64,000 nucleotides of DNA from an uncultured bacterium (lineage in GTDB: Bacteria > Patescibacteriota > Gracilibacteria > UM-FILTER-43-11): NCBI GenBank assembly GCA_965369815.1, contig CBDUQS010000001.1, positions 4,108-68,107 on the forward strand, written 5' to 3'. Position 1 is the stretch's first letter. Each line of letters starts with the position of its first letter. The notes beneath the pieces are model-generated. The model was not told the DNA's origin, did not search any database, and saw only the letters and a list, made by a program, of their open reading frames with translations. Positions 1 through 8,458 of this stretch are shown here, piece by piece. Both the position numbers and the translations under genes were made by a program.

Positions 1-1
1 G

Positions 2-1852
2 AAAGACATTATTTCGCTCAATAAAAACATCGCTTTTGCGGGTTACGACAATCTAAAAGAAGGGGCGACGTCGTTGGCAAATCAAGATTTTGAACGAGCC
101 AGCGTCTTTTTCGAGGGGGCAGAATCTTCATTTGAGGAGCTTCAAGAAAACACCTCTTTTTTAACCGCACGCGCCAATCAATACTTAAAATCCAGTTTAT
201 ACCTCGATACCGCTCAAAAATTGATTGAAAGTGGCGTGGGGGTATCAAAGATCAGTCAGGAATTAACACAGCTGCTTTCAGATGCGCGTGATATCCCAAA
301 AGTATTTGTTCAGCAGAACCTAAACGACGATCAATCGGTACAATTAACAACGCTTGTGAATGCACAAAAGAGTCGTCTCCAGAAAATCCTGATGGAAGCC
401 TCACTTTTAAAGAAAAACTTAACCACTCTGAATGTCGACACGTTGCCGAAAGATTTGAGAGAAAAACTTGAGGTCGCTCAGGGGTATATCAGTCAGTTCG
501 TAACAGCCTTGAGCGAAGTGGATCAGAACTTTGAAGCCGCTTTGACATTACTCGGAGACAAAACCCCTCATCGTTATTTAGTGCTCTTCCAAAACAATCA
601 CGAAATGCGCGCGACCGGCGGGTTTATTGGTAGTTATGCAATTGTAGACGTAAACGACGGCGCGATCACTAAAATGGAGGTGAAGGACGTCTATGAAACC
701 GACGGACAGCTATCTGAATTCGTTCCGCCCCCACCAGGTATCAATAAGGTGGCCGATCAGCTTTACTTGCGTGATGCCAATTACAGCCCCGATTTTCCAA
801 CCTCTGCTCAAAAAATCATGTGGTTTCTAGAGCATAGCCGTGGGCCAACCGTCGATACCGTCGTGGCGATTGACCAGACGATTGCTGAAAAATTATTAGT
901 GCTCACGGGTCCTGTCGTGGTCCCTAGCTTTCCATTTGCGCTTCGATCAGATAACTTCAACGACCTTCTCTCTTACAATATCGAAGCCAAGCTTTCAGAA
1001 ACCTACACTCCAAAACAGATCTTGATCGACTTAATGCCCGTATTTAAAGAAAAACTACTGTCTTTACAAGATTTCTCACCCCTCAACGATCTTGCTCACA
1101 ATTTAATCGGAAGTCGTCACATTCAGGTTTATTCCGATCACGCAGGCGTTCAAACATTGGTCGAAAAGCTAAAAGTAGACGGTCGCATGGTCGCCGCTGA
1201 ACCCGATATGGATTATTTATCAGTTATAACAACGGCGATTGGCGGGAACAAAAGCGATGCCTTCATAAAAACCAACCTTTCTCATCACACCGAGGTGGGA
1301 AACATGGGAATGATAACCGATCACCTAACTATCCAAAAAAACCACACCTGGAACGAAAGCGACTTCGCCTATTGGAAAAAGCTCATGGACCGATACGGAA
1401 TGGGTAAGCTCAACGAAGCCACCCTTCGCTTCATCCACGGAGGAGGGGATAACCTCGATTACATGCGCGTATACGTTCCTAACGGCAGTCTTTTGATCGG
1501 ATTAGAAGGAGTGGACATTGAAGACATGGATTCCTACGAAGAACTCGGATACACCGTATTTGCCTTCACCTTCGGCCCCGTTTCCGCAGGGGAAATGAAA
1601 GAAGTAAAGCTGAGCTACAAATTACCTTTCGAGCTCAAAACCGAAAATCCAATGGACGTCTACCGCTTCATCGCTCAAAAGCAGGCAGGCACCGAAAACA
1701 TCACACTAACAAAAAGCCTGCAAACCTCTGGCTATCTACAGGTTTTAGATAACTACCCGCCTGTTCAAAACAGTGCTTTTACGCTTTATCCACAGTACGA
1801 AACAGCATTGGATAGTAATAAGATTTTCCTCTCAGCAATTGGGGGGAGCTAA
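2..1852 (+). CDS. DUF4012 domain-containing envelope protein, 5' end outside window
   Basis: The frame is open from base 2, with no stop upstream of the TTG at 74. The motif HRYLVLFQNNHEMRATGGFIGSYAIVDVNDG is the core signature of the DUF4012 family. Confidence 0.8.
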   Translation, partial: KDIISLNKNIAFAGYDNLKEGATSLANQDFERASVFFEGAESSFEELQENTSFLTARANQYLKSSLYLDTAQKLIESGVGVSKISQELTQLLSDARDIPKVFVQQNLNDDQSVQLTTLVNAQKSRLQKILMEASLLKKNLTTLNVDTLPKDLREKLEVAQGYISQFVTALSEVDQNFEAALTLLGDKTPHRYLVLFQNNHEMRATGGFIGSYAIVDVNDGAITKMEVKDVYETDGQLSEFVPPPPGINKVADQLYLRDANYSPDFPTSAQKIMWFLEHSRGPTVDTVVAIDQTIAEKLLVLTGPVVVPSFPFALRSDNFNDLLSYNIEAKLSETYTPKQILIDLMPVFKEKLLSLQDFSPLNDLAHNLIGSRHIQVYSDHAGVQTLVEKLKVDGRMVAAEPDMDYLSVITTAIGGNKSDAFIKTNLSHHTEVGNMGMITDHLTIQKNHTWNESDFAYWKKLMDRYGMGKLNEATLRFIHGGGDNLDYMRVYVPNGSLLIGLEGVDIEDMDSYEELGYTVFAFTFGPVSAGEMKEVKLSYKLPFELKTENPMDVYRFIAQKQAGTENITLTKSLQTSGYLQVLDNYPPVQNSAFTLYPQYETALDSNKIFLSAIGGS

Positions 1853-1912
1853 AAATATTTTAAATTCAAGCATATAAGAATTTTGATATTTTTAAATATT
1901 CTATAGCTAGGG

Positions 1913-1940
1913 TTGACAAAATAAAAAAAATAGCTATAAT
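1913..1940 (+). promoter_or_regulatory. sigma70-type promoter (TTGACA-16-TATAAT)
   Basis: ttgaca at 1913-1918 and tataat at 1935-1940, with an A-tract spacer. It lies directly upstream of a GC-rich structured segment. Confidence 0.65.
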
Positions 1941-1946
1941 ACATGC

Positions 1947-2133
1947 AATAAATTAGAAAAATCCCTGAGTCCCGATACGTCGGGATTGGTTGTAAACTTC
2001 GTTCGCGGAGGAAGCCAGCCATCTGGTATGAAAGCCAGGTTCAGGAGAGCGTTATCCACGTTGGAGCGGACCTTCCAGCACCCATTGTTAATCAATCGAT
2101 TAATCGTAGGTGCTGTGAGATCGGCTTCTTTTT
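1947..2133 (+). ncRNA. candidate structured RNA (unknown family), or structured 5' leader of the 2291 gene
   Basis: About 50% GC between much more AT-rich flanks. Hairpins: tcccga-tacg-tcggga at 1970-1985; CAGCACC (2076-2082) with GGTGCTG (2109-2115), enclosing ttaatc/gattaa. Long-range pairing GAAGCC..ATCT with AGAT.GGCTTC, followed by a T-run at 2129-2133. No ORF. Confidence 0.5.
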
Positions 2134-2290
2134 GAATAGTGAGTCATCTCCATGTTCTTTAAAAACTACTTGCGAAAATCGGTTATAACTTTCAGATTCC
2201 AACTTTTAATAAGTTTGAGCTTGGAGGTTGTATCTGATTTTAAAACCAAGGCGATTCCCGAGAAGGGTAAGCCACATAGTAGAGATCGAA

Positions 2291-2932
2291 ATGCAGAAAA
2301 TTGAAGCAACCCTTTCAGCAATGCTAGTTGTTGGCTTCGTCGCAACAGTGCAAGCCGAAACCCCCACTCAGGTTCAGCGCGAGGAATTTAACCGATTTCT
2401 AGACGAAGGTGTCATCGATCGTGTTGAGCTGGAAGATTTTTTGGTGCATTACAGGGGAATGCCCATACCAGAGGGGTGCACGAGAGCTGAGGTTGATTAT
2501 GGTGTTCACTACGAGCAGTGGAAGGAGGAGGGTAGTCTCAGAATAGCTCCGTATATCCTACGTGGTGCAGGTTGGTCAGGTCCAGCTCCCCGCTATAGGA
2601 ACAAGAAAGTTGTTAAAGAGCTCTGCTGGTTTAGATTTAAATCTCCCCAAACCTTCAAGGAAGTACGGGAGAAAAACGAAGCTGGCAACTTTCTTCTGGC
2701 TGATCTATGGGAACTTAAGGCATTTGCTAAGGTGTTTCCTGAGGTATTTCTTGAGATTGAGATCCAGTGGAGGATGTTAGCAGTTGGCAGCTGGTGGGTG
2801 GACTCTGTTGACTACCTCAAGTTTCCATTTCTGCACAAGAATGGCGATGATCTCCATCTCTCTATAAATCGTAATGATGGGGAGAAACAAGGGTGGAAAT
2901 CCGACACTCGCTTTCTTGCCATCCGCAAGTAG
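2291..2932 (+). CDS. hypothetical secreted protein (signal peptide; weak DUF1566/C-type-lectin-like resemblance)
   Basis: The internal ATG at 2291 gives MQKIEATLSAMLVVGFVATVQA, a signal-peptide-like N-terminus. The protein is Trp-rich and ends ...RFLAIRK. GC is higher than in neighbouring genes. Confidence 0.65.
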   Translation: MQKIEATLSAMLVVGFVATVQAETPTQVQREEFNRFLDEGVIDRVELEDFLVHYRGMPIPEGCTRAEVDYGVHYEQWKEEGSLRIAPYILRGAGWSGPAPRYRNKKVVKELCWFRFKSPQTFKEVREKNEAGNFLLADLWELKAFAKVFPEVFLEIEIQWRMLAVGSWWVDSVDYLKFPFLHKNGDDLHLSINRNDGEKQGWKSDTRFLAIRK

Positions 2933-2940
2933 TTTTTCAA

Positions 2941-2992
2941 CTCCCAACCGTCCGTCATGGCATCGCGCTGTGGCGGACGGGAGGTATTTTTT
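2941..2992 (+). terminator. rho-independent terminator (GC-rich bulged hairpin + T-run)
   Basis: ctcc..cgtccg (2941-2954) pairs with cggacg.ggag (2974-2983), followed by tttttt at 2987-2992. Confidence 0.65.
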
Positions 2993-3057
2993 CATGCCTA
3001 AAAAAGTGCCAAAACTCACAACTCTTAATAAAATCATTTTATCAGCGATTTGGGGAG

Positions 3058-3996
3058 CTAATTCTCTTTCATTAGTGCCGTTTCAAGCTTAGCTCTGAAC
3101 TCATCTAAGTTATCTAGAGCCTTTTTATGGGAAAGGGAAAACATTCTCACCACCTCATTAAATGAAGATAGTGATTGTGCGACATCAATGCTGTGTTTCA
3201 AAAACATTCCACAAAAACAGATATCAACATTTTCAGGATTAAGTTTTTTGATCAAAGGCTGAATCGCCTTAAGTGTAGTTCCAGTCGAAGCATCATCTTC
3301 TATTACTAAAATATTATTAGCACCTGTTGGCTTTGTAGTATTTTTACCCACCTTCCTCCAGATTGGATCTTTTTTCCAATGCTTGCGCCACTCTAAAAAC
3401 CTTGTATTAAGCCCAGCTATTTCTACTAAATTCCCTAATGAAGCCCCTCCATTTAATATACAAAGTACCAAATCATAATCCATTTTACTGATTTCGATTG
3501 CAGCATTAACCTGAGTAAAGGATATATTTTTTTCAGGTAGATTGTGAATTTGAGAATACTGACTGAGCAAGTTACGGATTACTGCCATTTTTTCAGCCAG
3601 CATTCCCCTTTCTGCCACAAGTCTCTCAACCGTTTCTGGGTTACTGGTTGATGTGGCACATTCTTGAATTGCACGGTTGGCAGTGTCTTGGTCACAAAAT
3701 TTCAAGGCCACATCTAATAAGCACGGTTCAACGGAACCATCTTTATAGGTAATCCCGTTAGTTTTCACGAATTGAATAGCTGGCGAAAGATCACCCAATA
3801 ACTCTGACCATTTATATATCATATATAATTCTCTCCTTTCAATTGACAGACTAAGGAGCTCTCTAATTCGCTTTACAGCTCCAATCTTCTCTTCCTTTGG
3901 AAGTTTGTCTAAATCTCGATTCGATTCGACACCCTTTTCAAAGATAAGAAATTCGTTTAGTGCAATTGTTTTTTCGTTATATTCAGTATATTCCAT
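3058..3996 (-). CDS. phosphoribosyltransferase-domain protein with unknown helical N-terminal domain
   Basis: Type I PRTase PRPP-binding motif ILVIEDDASTGTTLKAI in the C-terminal half. The N-terminal ~170 aa have no motif I recognise. Confidence 0.7.
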   Translation of the reverse strand: MEYTEYNEKTIALNEFLIFEKGVESNRDLDKLPKEEKIGAVKRIRELLSLSIERRELYMIYKWSELLGDLSPAIQFVKTNGITYKDGSVEPCLLDVALKFCDQDTANRAIQECATSTSNPETVERLVAERGMLAEKMAVIRNLLSQYSQIHNLPEKNISFTQVNAAIEISKMDYDLVLCILNGGASLGNLVEIAGLNTRFLEWRKHWKKDPIWRKVGKNTTKPTGANNILVIEDDASTGTTLKAIQPLIKKLNPENVDICFCGMFLKHSIDVAQSLSSFNEVVRMFSLSHKKALDNLDEFRAKLETALMKEN

Positions 3997-4015
3997 GGAT
4001 ATTTTTTAGAAATTT

Positions 4016-4043
4016 ATTATACTGAATTTTTTTATTTTGTCAA
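4016..4043 (-). promoter_or_regulatory. sigma70-type promoter (TTGACA-16-TATAAT) for the PRTase gene
   Basis: The reverse complement reads ttgacaaaataaaaaaattcagtataat. The first 17 nt are identical to the promoter at 1913. Confidence 0.6.
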
Positions 4044-4127
4044 ACAAAAGAAGGCTTAATATAGCCCAATCCAAACAGGAAATAAATTTGCAGTACCTCA
4101 TGATCAGCTAGTTTTTCAGTATGAACT

Positions 4128-4955
4128 CTACCTCCGCCTCTTCAGCTCATCATAAAGTGCCTCTTCCATCACTTCCACAGGAGGCTCCTGATCGAAGAAA
4201 AGTCGGAACTGTTCAACGGCCTGATGCAAGAGCATTCGTTCACCCGAAATAGTTTGAGCTCCCGCTTTTTTAGCTTCTTTTAAAAGTTGAGTGTCCAGTG
4301 GGTTGGTAATAATATCCATCACCACCGCATGAGAGGGGATTTGTTCGGCGTGGAGGAGTGACTCTTGTGTATTGGGGGGCATTCCGACGGGTGTGGCGTT
4401 GATGATGATGTCGAAATCAGCTACAGCAATCTTTCCATGATCAATGGCTTCAATCTCAAATTCCTTCGCAAGTTCCTCCGCTTTTTCGATGGTACGATTG
4501 TAAATATAGATGTCAGATTGAAAGTCCTTTAGGCTATAGGCAATAGCCCGAGCCGCTCCGCCTGCACCCATTACCAGAACTTTTTTAGCAATCAAATTGG
4601 TCTTTTCTCGCAGTGCCTGTATCGCGCCCATTGCATCGGTGTTGTAGCCGATCAACTTGCTGTCTTCGTTAACCACGGTGTTCACCGAACCCACAACCTT
4701 AGCGAGTGGATCGTAATGATCCATATAGCCCATAATCTCCAGTTTATAGGGCATAGTAACACTAAATCCACCAATGTTATTCAAGTCGCTTTCATAGCAA
4801 AAATTAGCCAGCTCTTCAGAGTCTTTCGGGTCAATATCAATCAATCGATATTCCGCGTCTAACCCCAAATGTTTAATGGCCGCATTGTGCATAGCAGGGC
4901 TGAGCGATTGGCGAACCGGATGCCCAACGATTCCGAATGTTTTTTTCATATTCAA
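4128..4955 (-). CDS. aroE: shikimate dehydrogenase
   Basis: GHPVRQSLSPAMHNAA substrate motif and GAGGAARA NADP-binding motif. Length is typical. Confidence 0.92.
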   Translation of the reverse strand: MNMKKTFGIVGHPVRQSLSPAMHNAAIKHLGLDAEYRLIDIDPKDSEELANFCYESDLNNIGGFSVTMPYKLEIMGYMDHYDPLAKVVGSVNTVVNEDSKLIGYNTDAMGAIQALREKTNLIAKKVLVMGAGGAARAIAYSLKDFQSDIYIYNRTIEKAEELAKEFEIEAIDHGKIAVADFDIIINATPVGMPPNTQESLLHAEQIPSHAVVMDIITNPLDTQLLKEAKKAGAQTISGERMLLHQAVEQFRLFFDQEPPVEVMEEALYDELKRRR

Positions 4956-5000
4956 ATAGTTATCAAATGGCTGTCAGCTCTCCCGAATACTCGGGATCGC

Positions 5001-5023
5001 GCTTTCAGATTGCTTTCAAATAG
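5001..5023. repeat. left arm of the 23-bp inverted repeat flanking the four-helix-bundle gene
   Basis: gctttcagattgctttcaaatag. Its reverse complement matches 5465-5487 at 21/23 positions. Confidence 0.85.
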
Positions 5024-5024
5024 T

Positions 5025-5405
5025 CTACTTTTCCAAGTCATTAATTATTACTTTGATGAAGTTTAAGAGTTTAATTGAAAGATTTTTATATTGATTTAAG
5101 AAGTATTCATATTCCATTTTATCAATATATTTCTTTTTATAAAGCATAATAATATGACTCTGAGTTTCATCGCTTGATCCTAGTGATATATTCAAAAATC
5201 TTATTAACTCCTTTTGATAGATTCTTTTGGCATAGCCTTCAGCGATGTTTGCTGAAATAGAACTAGAGGATCTGATTATCTGGCTATACTCATTGATCCT
5301 CCAATAATTATTAATCTTTTTTGCTTGGCTTTCGATTTCTTCAGCTAATTTTATGGATATTTTATATATCTTTAGTTCACTAAAATGCATAATTTTATAA
5401 TTCAT
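5025..5405 (-). CDS. four-helix-bundle protein (23S rRNA intervening-sequence protein / Avd-like family)
   Basis: Family-typical core IIRSSSSISANIAEGYAKR...FLNISLGSSDETQSHI. 126 aa. Confidence 0.85.
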   Translation of the reverse strand: MNYKIMHFSELKIYKISIKLAEEIESQAKKINNYWRINEYSQIIRSSSSISANIAEGYAKRIYQKELIRFLNISLGSSDETQSHIIMLYKKKYIDKMEYEYFLNQYKNLSIKLLNFIKVIINDLEK

Positions 5406-5464
5406 TTAAATTCAAAATAGATTGTCAGATTAACTAAAATTAATGACTGAATCAAACAAAAAAG

Positions 5465-5487
5465 CTATTTGGTAGCAATCTGAAAGC
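5465..5487. repeat. right arm of the 23-bp inverted repeat flanking the four-helix-bundle gene
   Basis: ctatttggtagcaatctgaaagc, compared with the reverse complement of 5001-5023, ctatttgaaagcaatctgaaagc. Confidence 0.85.
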
Positions 5488-5496
5488 AATTTGAAT

Positions 5497-6807
5497 TTAC
5501 TCCTCCCAAAATGTTCGATTTTTCACTTTCTTCCCTCCAAGCTTCTCCACAACTATATTCACAATTTCATCAATTGAAACGATTTCCTGACTTCCCTTAT
5601 CCATATCCCGAAGAATAATGGTACCTTCTTGAACTTCAATCTGACCGAGGATTAGTGAATAGTGAGCTTGCAGACGATCGGCAACGCGCATTTGGGATTT
5701 AATCGAGGCTTTTCCAGCAGATCCAACAACATTTAGTCCATGTTCACGAAGCTCATTTAAAAGAGAAAGGGATCGCTTTTTAGCGATGTGTCCAAGTTGA
5801 GCAACAAATACCTGAATGCGGTCTTTATTAGGTGGGCGAATGCCCGATTCTTTCATATATTCAATGGTGCGCTCAACTCCAGCGGCATACCCCATGGCAG
5901 GAGTGGGTTGACCACCCATTAACTCAACCAATCCATCATAACGACCTCCGCCTCCAGTGGCGTTCTGAGCACCGTCTTTCTGGCTCCAGAATTCAAATAC
6001 GGTGTGCGTGTAATAATCTAAGCCACGAACGAGTTGTGGATTTTCTTCGTAAGGAACTTTGAGTTCATCTAAAAATTCTTTCACAAGTTTGTAATGTTCT
6101 TTGGTTTCTTCACTCATCACATTGTCAAATTTGGGTGCCATAGAGGCAAGGATCTGACAGTCTTCCTCTTTACAGTCCAAAAGCCGTAGGGGATTTTTAT
6201 GAAGTCGATTTTGACAATCCTCACATAAGCTTCGCTCTTTGCCAGTGTAAAAATTCACCAAATCTTCATGGAATTTTTTACGATCTTCAGGGCCACCAAT
6301 CGTATTGATCTGAAGCTTCAGTCGATCCGCAATGCCAAGATCTTGATTGATCTTGTGGGCGAGATAAATGATTTGTGCATCCACCGCTGGATCTTGCTCA
6401 CCAATTACCTCAAATCCCAATTGGTGAAATTGACGATAGCGACCTTTCTGAGGACGACTGTATCGGAAAAATGGTTCAAAATAGTAAAGCTCTACCGGTT
6501 GTGGCAGCTGATACATGCCGTGCTGTAAATAAGCTCGTACGGTGCCGGCGGTTCCTTCAGGACGCAAAGCCATTCGCTTCCCGCTTTTGCTCTCAAAAAT
6601 AAACATTTCCTTCTCCACAATGTCCGTCGCTTCCCCCAAGCTATGAGTAAAAACATCAACGTTCTCAAACATGGGCGTGCTGATACGACGAAAACCCGCT
6701 TCACGACAGCGATGTCGAACCACCTTTTTTATAAATGAAAAATAAAGGTGATCATCAGGAAGAATGTCGTGAGTGCCTTTCGAACTTTGATACTTGGGAG
6801 AGCTCAT
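5497..6807 (-). CDS. hisS: histidine--tRNA ligase
   Basis: GTHDILPDD, RPEGTAGTVRAY, RYSRPQKGRYRQFHQ and GGGRYDGL class II motifs. Confidence 0.95.
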   Translation of the reverse strand: MSSPKYQSSKGTHDILPDDHLYFSFIKKVVRHRCREAGFRRISTPMFENVDVFTHSLGEATDIVEKEMFIFESKSGKRMALRPEGTAGTVRAYLQHGMYQLPQPVELYYFEPFFRYSRPQKGRYRQFHQLGFEVIGEQDPAVDAQIIYLAHKINQDLGIADRLKLQINTIGGPEDRKKFHEDLVNFYTGKERSLCEDCQNRLHKNPLRLLDCKEEDCQILASMAPKFDNVMSEETKEHYKLVKEFLDELKVPYEENPQLVRGLDYYTHTVFEFWSQKDGAQNATGGGGRYDGLVELMGGQPTPAMGYAAGVERTIEYMKESGIRPPNKDRIQVFVAQLGHIAKKRSLSLLNELREHGLNVVGSAGKASIKSQMRVADRLQAHYSLILGQIEVQEGTIILRDMDKGSQEIVSIDEIVNIVVEKLGGKKVKNRTFWEE

Positions 6808-6914
6808 AGGTTGAAAAATTAAGGAAATTAATCACTAACTATTACCATATCATAAAATGTATATGTGTACAACATAATAGCTCAGAGCTCATATCCTAAA
6901 CCCGAGATCAGAGA

Positions 6915-8378
6915 TTATTTTACATCCCTCGCAAGAACGAGTCCGTCGAGACGAGGTTCCCATACAATTCCTTTCTTAAGGGCGTAAAGTCTTGATGACT
7001 CGAAGAGGGGAATTCCAATAAGATCCTTATCAACCAATTCCATAATCTGCTGCAGAGTTTGAAGGCGAATTTCGGGGTTGAGTTCCTGACGGCTTTTTTC
7101 AATCAATTTATTCACAAAGACATTCTTATATCGCCCATTATTAAATTCGCCCTCGCTATGAATAAAGTTATCTAAAAAGTCACCCGCATCCCCATTTTCC
7201 GCCTGCCAGCCAATCACGAAAAGCTGAGATTCATTGTTTTTAATGCGATCCAAAAGTTCTTCGGGGGGGATAACGTTGTCTTCCACCAAGAAGCCGGCAT
7301 CTAAAAGCTGTTTTTTTACGTAATCGGTAAGTGTTCGATAGGTGGCCAAAGAGTCGAGAGTGATTTTTTTACGTTGTTCACCAAATAAGTTCTTCGCTCG
7401 TTTTTCTTCCGAAAATTCAGGAGCGGATATAGTGGGGTTGTATCCAAAAACTCCAGGAGCAATGAATTGAGAAACCTGACGCACAAAGTCGTTACCAATT
7501 TCTTCAATACGATCGGGATTAAAAATGCTTTGAATGGCTTCACGAATCGAACGATCGGCAAGAAGAGAGTCATCTAGCTTAAACATCATAAAATTCACCT
7601 CCAGGCTATAGCTGGTTTTTACTTGATCTTGAGGAAGGCTAAGCGCTTGATCACGTGGAACGGCTACAAGAATATCAATTAAATCTTTTTCAAAATCAGT
7701 TTGTCGTTGGTTTTTATTCTTAACAACAGAGTAATTCACATTCTTATAAGTGGGCATTCGCCCCCAGTAATCCATGTAAGCTGAAAGGGAGAGGTTACTT
7801 CCTTTTTCCCAATTTTCTACACGATAGGGCCCAGTTCCCATTTGCTCCTTAGGAGAAATAAAGAATTTAGTTAATTTTGAAAGAATCAAAGGATCCGATT
7901 CCTTGGTAATAATTTGAATTGAAAAGGGATCGATAATTTTAATTTCATCAATGGTGCTCAGTAGGCTTTCCATCTGACTACCTCCGTTTTTAAGGGCATT
8001 ATCAAGACTACTGACAACACTATCAGCATTAAAAGGAGTTCCATCATGAAAGGTAACATCTTTACGAAGTTTGAATTCCCAAATCGTTGGATCTAGATTA
8101 CCCCAAGATACCGCCAAGGCAGGGACTATTCTTAGATTTCGGTCAAAACCAACTAACCCTTCGTAAACATTAGCGGTTCGAATCTGATTATTAAGATTTA
8201 GGCTGTGTTGAGAAAGGTTGGTGGCAGGGGTATTAAGAACAATCTCGAGAGTACCACTTTCAAATCGTTGAGGCCCAAGTATTTTATTAGGAAGAGTGGT
8301 AAAGAAAAAGCCTTTATTAAGAAAAACAATAAGGGCGGCAAGAATGAGGAATCCGATAAAATAATCTTTTTTTGTCAT
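6915..8378 (-). CDS. ABC transporter substrate-binding protein, family 5 (peptide/nickel type), membrane-anchored, orphan
   Basis: ANVYEGLVGFDRNLRIVPALAVSWGNLDPTIWEFKLRKDVTFHDGTPF is typical of SBP_bac_5. N-terminal TM segment. No permease or ATPase gene nearby. Confidence 0.85.
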   Translation of the reverse strand: MTKKDYFIGFLILAALIVFLNKGFFFTTLPNKILGPQRFESGTLEIVLNTPATNLSQHSLNLNNQIRTANVYEGLVGFDRNLRIVPALAVSWGNLDPTIWEFKLRKDVTFHDGTPFNADSVVSSLDNALKNGGSQMESLLSTIDEIKIIDPFSIQIITKESDPLILSKLTKFFISPKEQMGTGPYRVENWEKGSNLSLSAYMDYWGRMPTYKNVNYSVVKNKNQRQTDFEKDLIDILVAVPRDQALSLPQDQVKTSYSLEVNFMMFKLDDSLLADRSIREAIQSIFNPDRIEEIGNDFVRQVSQFIAPGVFGYNPTISAPEFSEEKRAKNLFGEQRKKITLDSLATYRTLTDYVKKQLLDAGFLVEDNVIPPEELLDRIKNNESQLFVIGWQAENGDAGDFLDNFIHSEGEFNNGRYKNVFVNKLIEKSRQELNPEIRLQTLQQIMELVDKDLIGIPLFESSRLYALKKGIVWEPRLDGLVLARDVK

Positions 8379-8400
8379 TTTGATTGCTAATGTTTTATTT

Positions 8401-8427
8401 AAAAACCCCGATAGGTTATCGGGGTTT
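8401..8427 (-). terminator. rho-independent terminator (bidirectional shape) after the STAS gene
   Basis: ccccgata-ggt-tatcgggg gives an 8-bp stem. It is flanked by aaaaa and ttt; on the minus strand the hairpin is followed by ttttt. Confidence 0.75.
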
Positions 8428-8458
8428 ATTATATCTAAGTAAGGAATGTCTGTCGACC

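Noticed and set aside
2052-2060. DnaA-box-like nonamer TTATCCACG.
   Set aside because: It is a single copy inside the GC-rich RNA candidate. There is no cluster of boxes, no adjacent AT-rich unwinding element with 13-mers, and no dnaA/dnaN nearby. It is not an origin.
1947-2133. I tried to assign the structured RNA to SRP (4.5S), 6S, tmRNA, RNase P, or TPP, glycine, FMN, c-di-AMP or guanidine-II riboswitches.
   Set aside because: Only short partial resemblances appear, such as GGAGGAAGCCAGCC versus GGAAGCAGCC and CCAGGTTCAGG versus CCAGGTCAGG. There is no GNRA-capped helix 8, the 5' and 3' ends do not pair as in 6S, there is no CCA end or tRNA-like domain, it is too short for RNase P, and the universally conserved CUGAGA of TPP is absent. 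It is left as an unknown family.
4981-4996. The hairpin tcccga-atac-tcggga is nearly identical to the hairpin tcccga-tacg-tcggga at 1970-1985.
   Set aside because: Only about 14 nt are shared and there is no extended similarity in the flanks. This is too short to call a repeat family from one window.
2291-5405. A possible diversity-generating retroelement: an Avd-like four-helix-bundle gene (5025-5405) about 2 kb from a secreted protein with a C-terminal DUF1566/C-type-lectin-like look (2291-2932) and a GC-rich hairpin after its stop.
   Set aside because: No reverse transcriptase ORF occurs anywhere in the window. No template repeat matches the 3' end of 2291-2932; I compared it with the RNA candidate and the local spacers. 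The hairpin is adequately explained as a terminator.
8175-8184. GGTTCGAATC, a tRNA T-arm-like word.
   Set aside because: It lies inside the substrate-binding-protein CDS. No acceptor, D or anticodon stems can be drawn around it.
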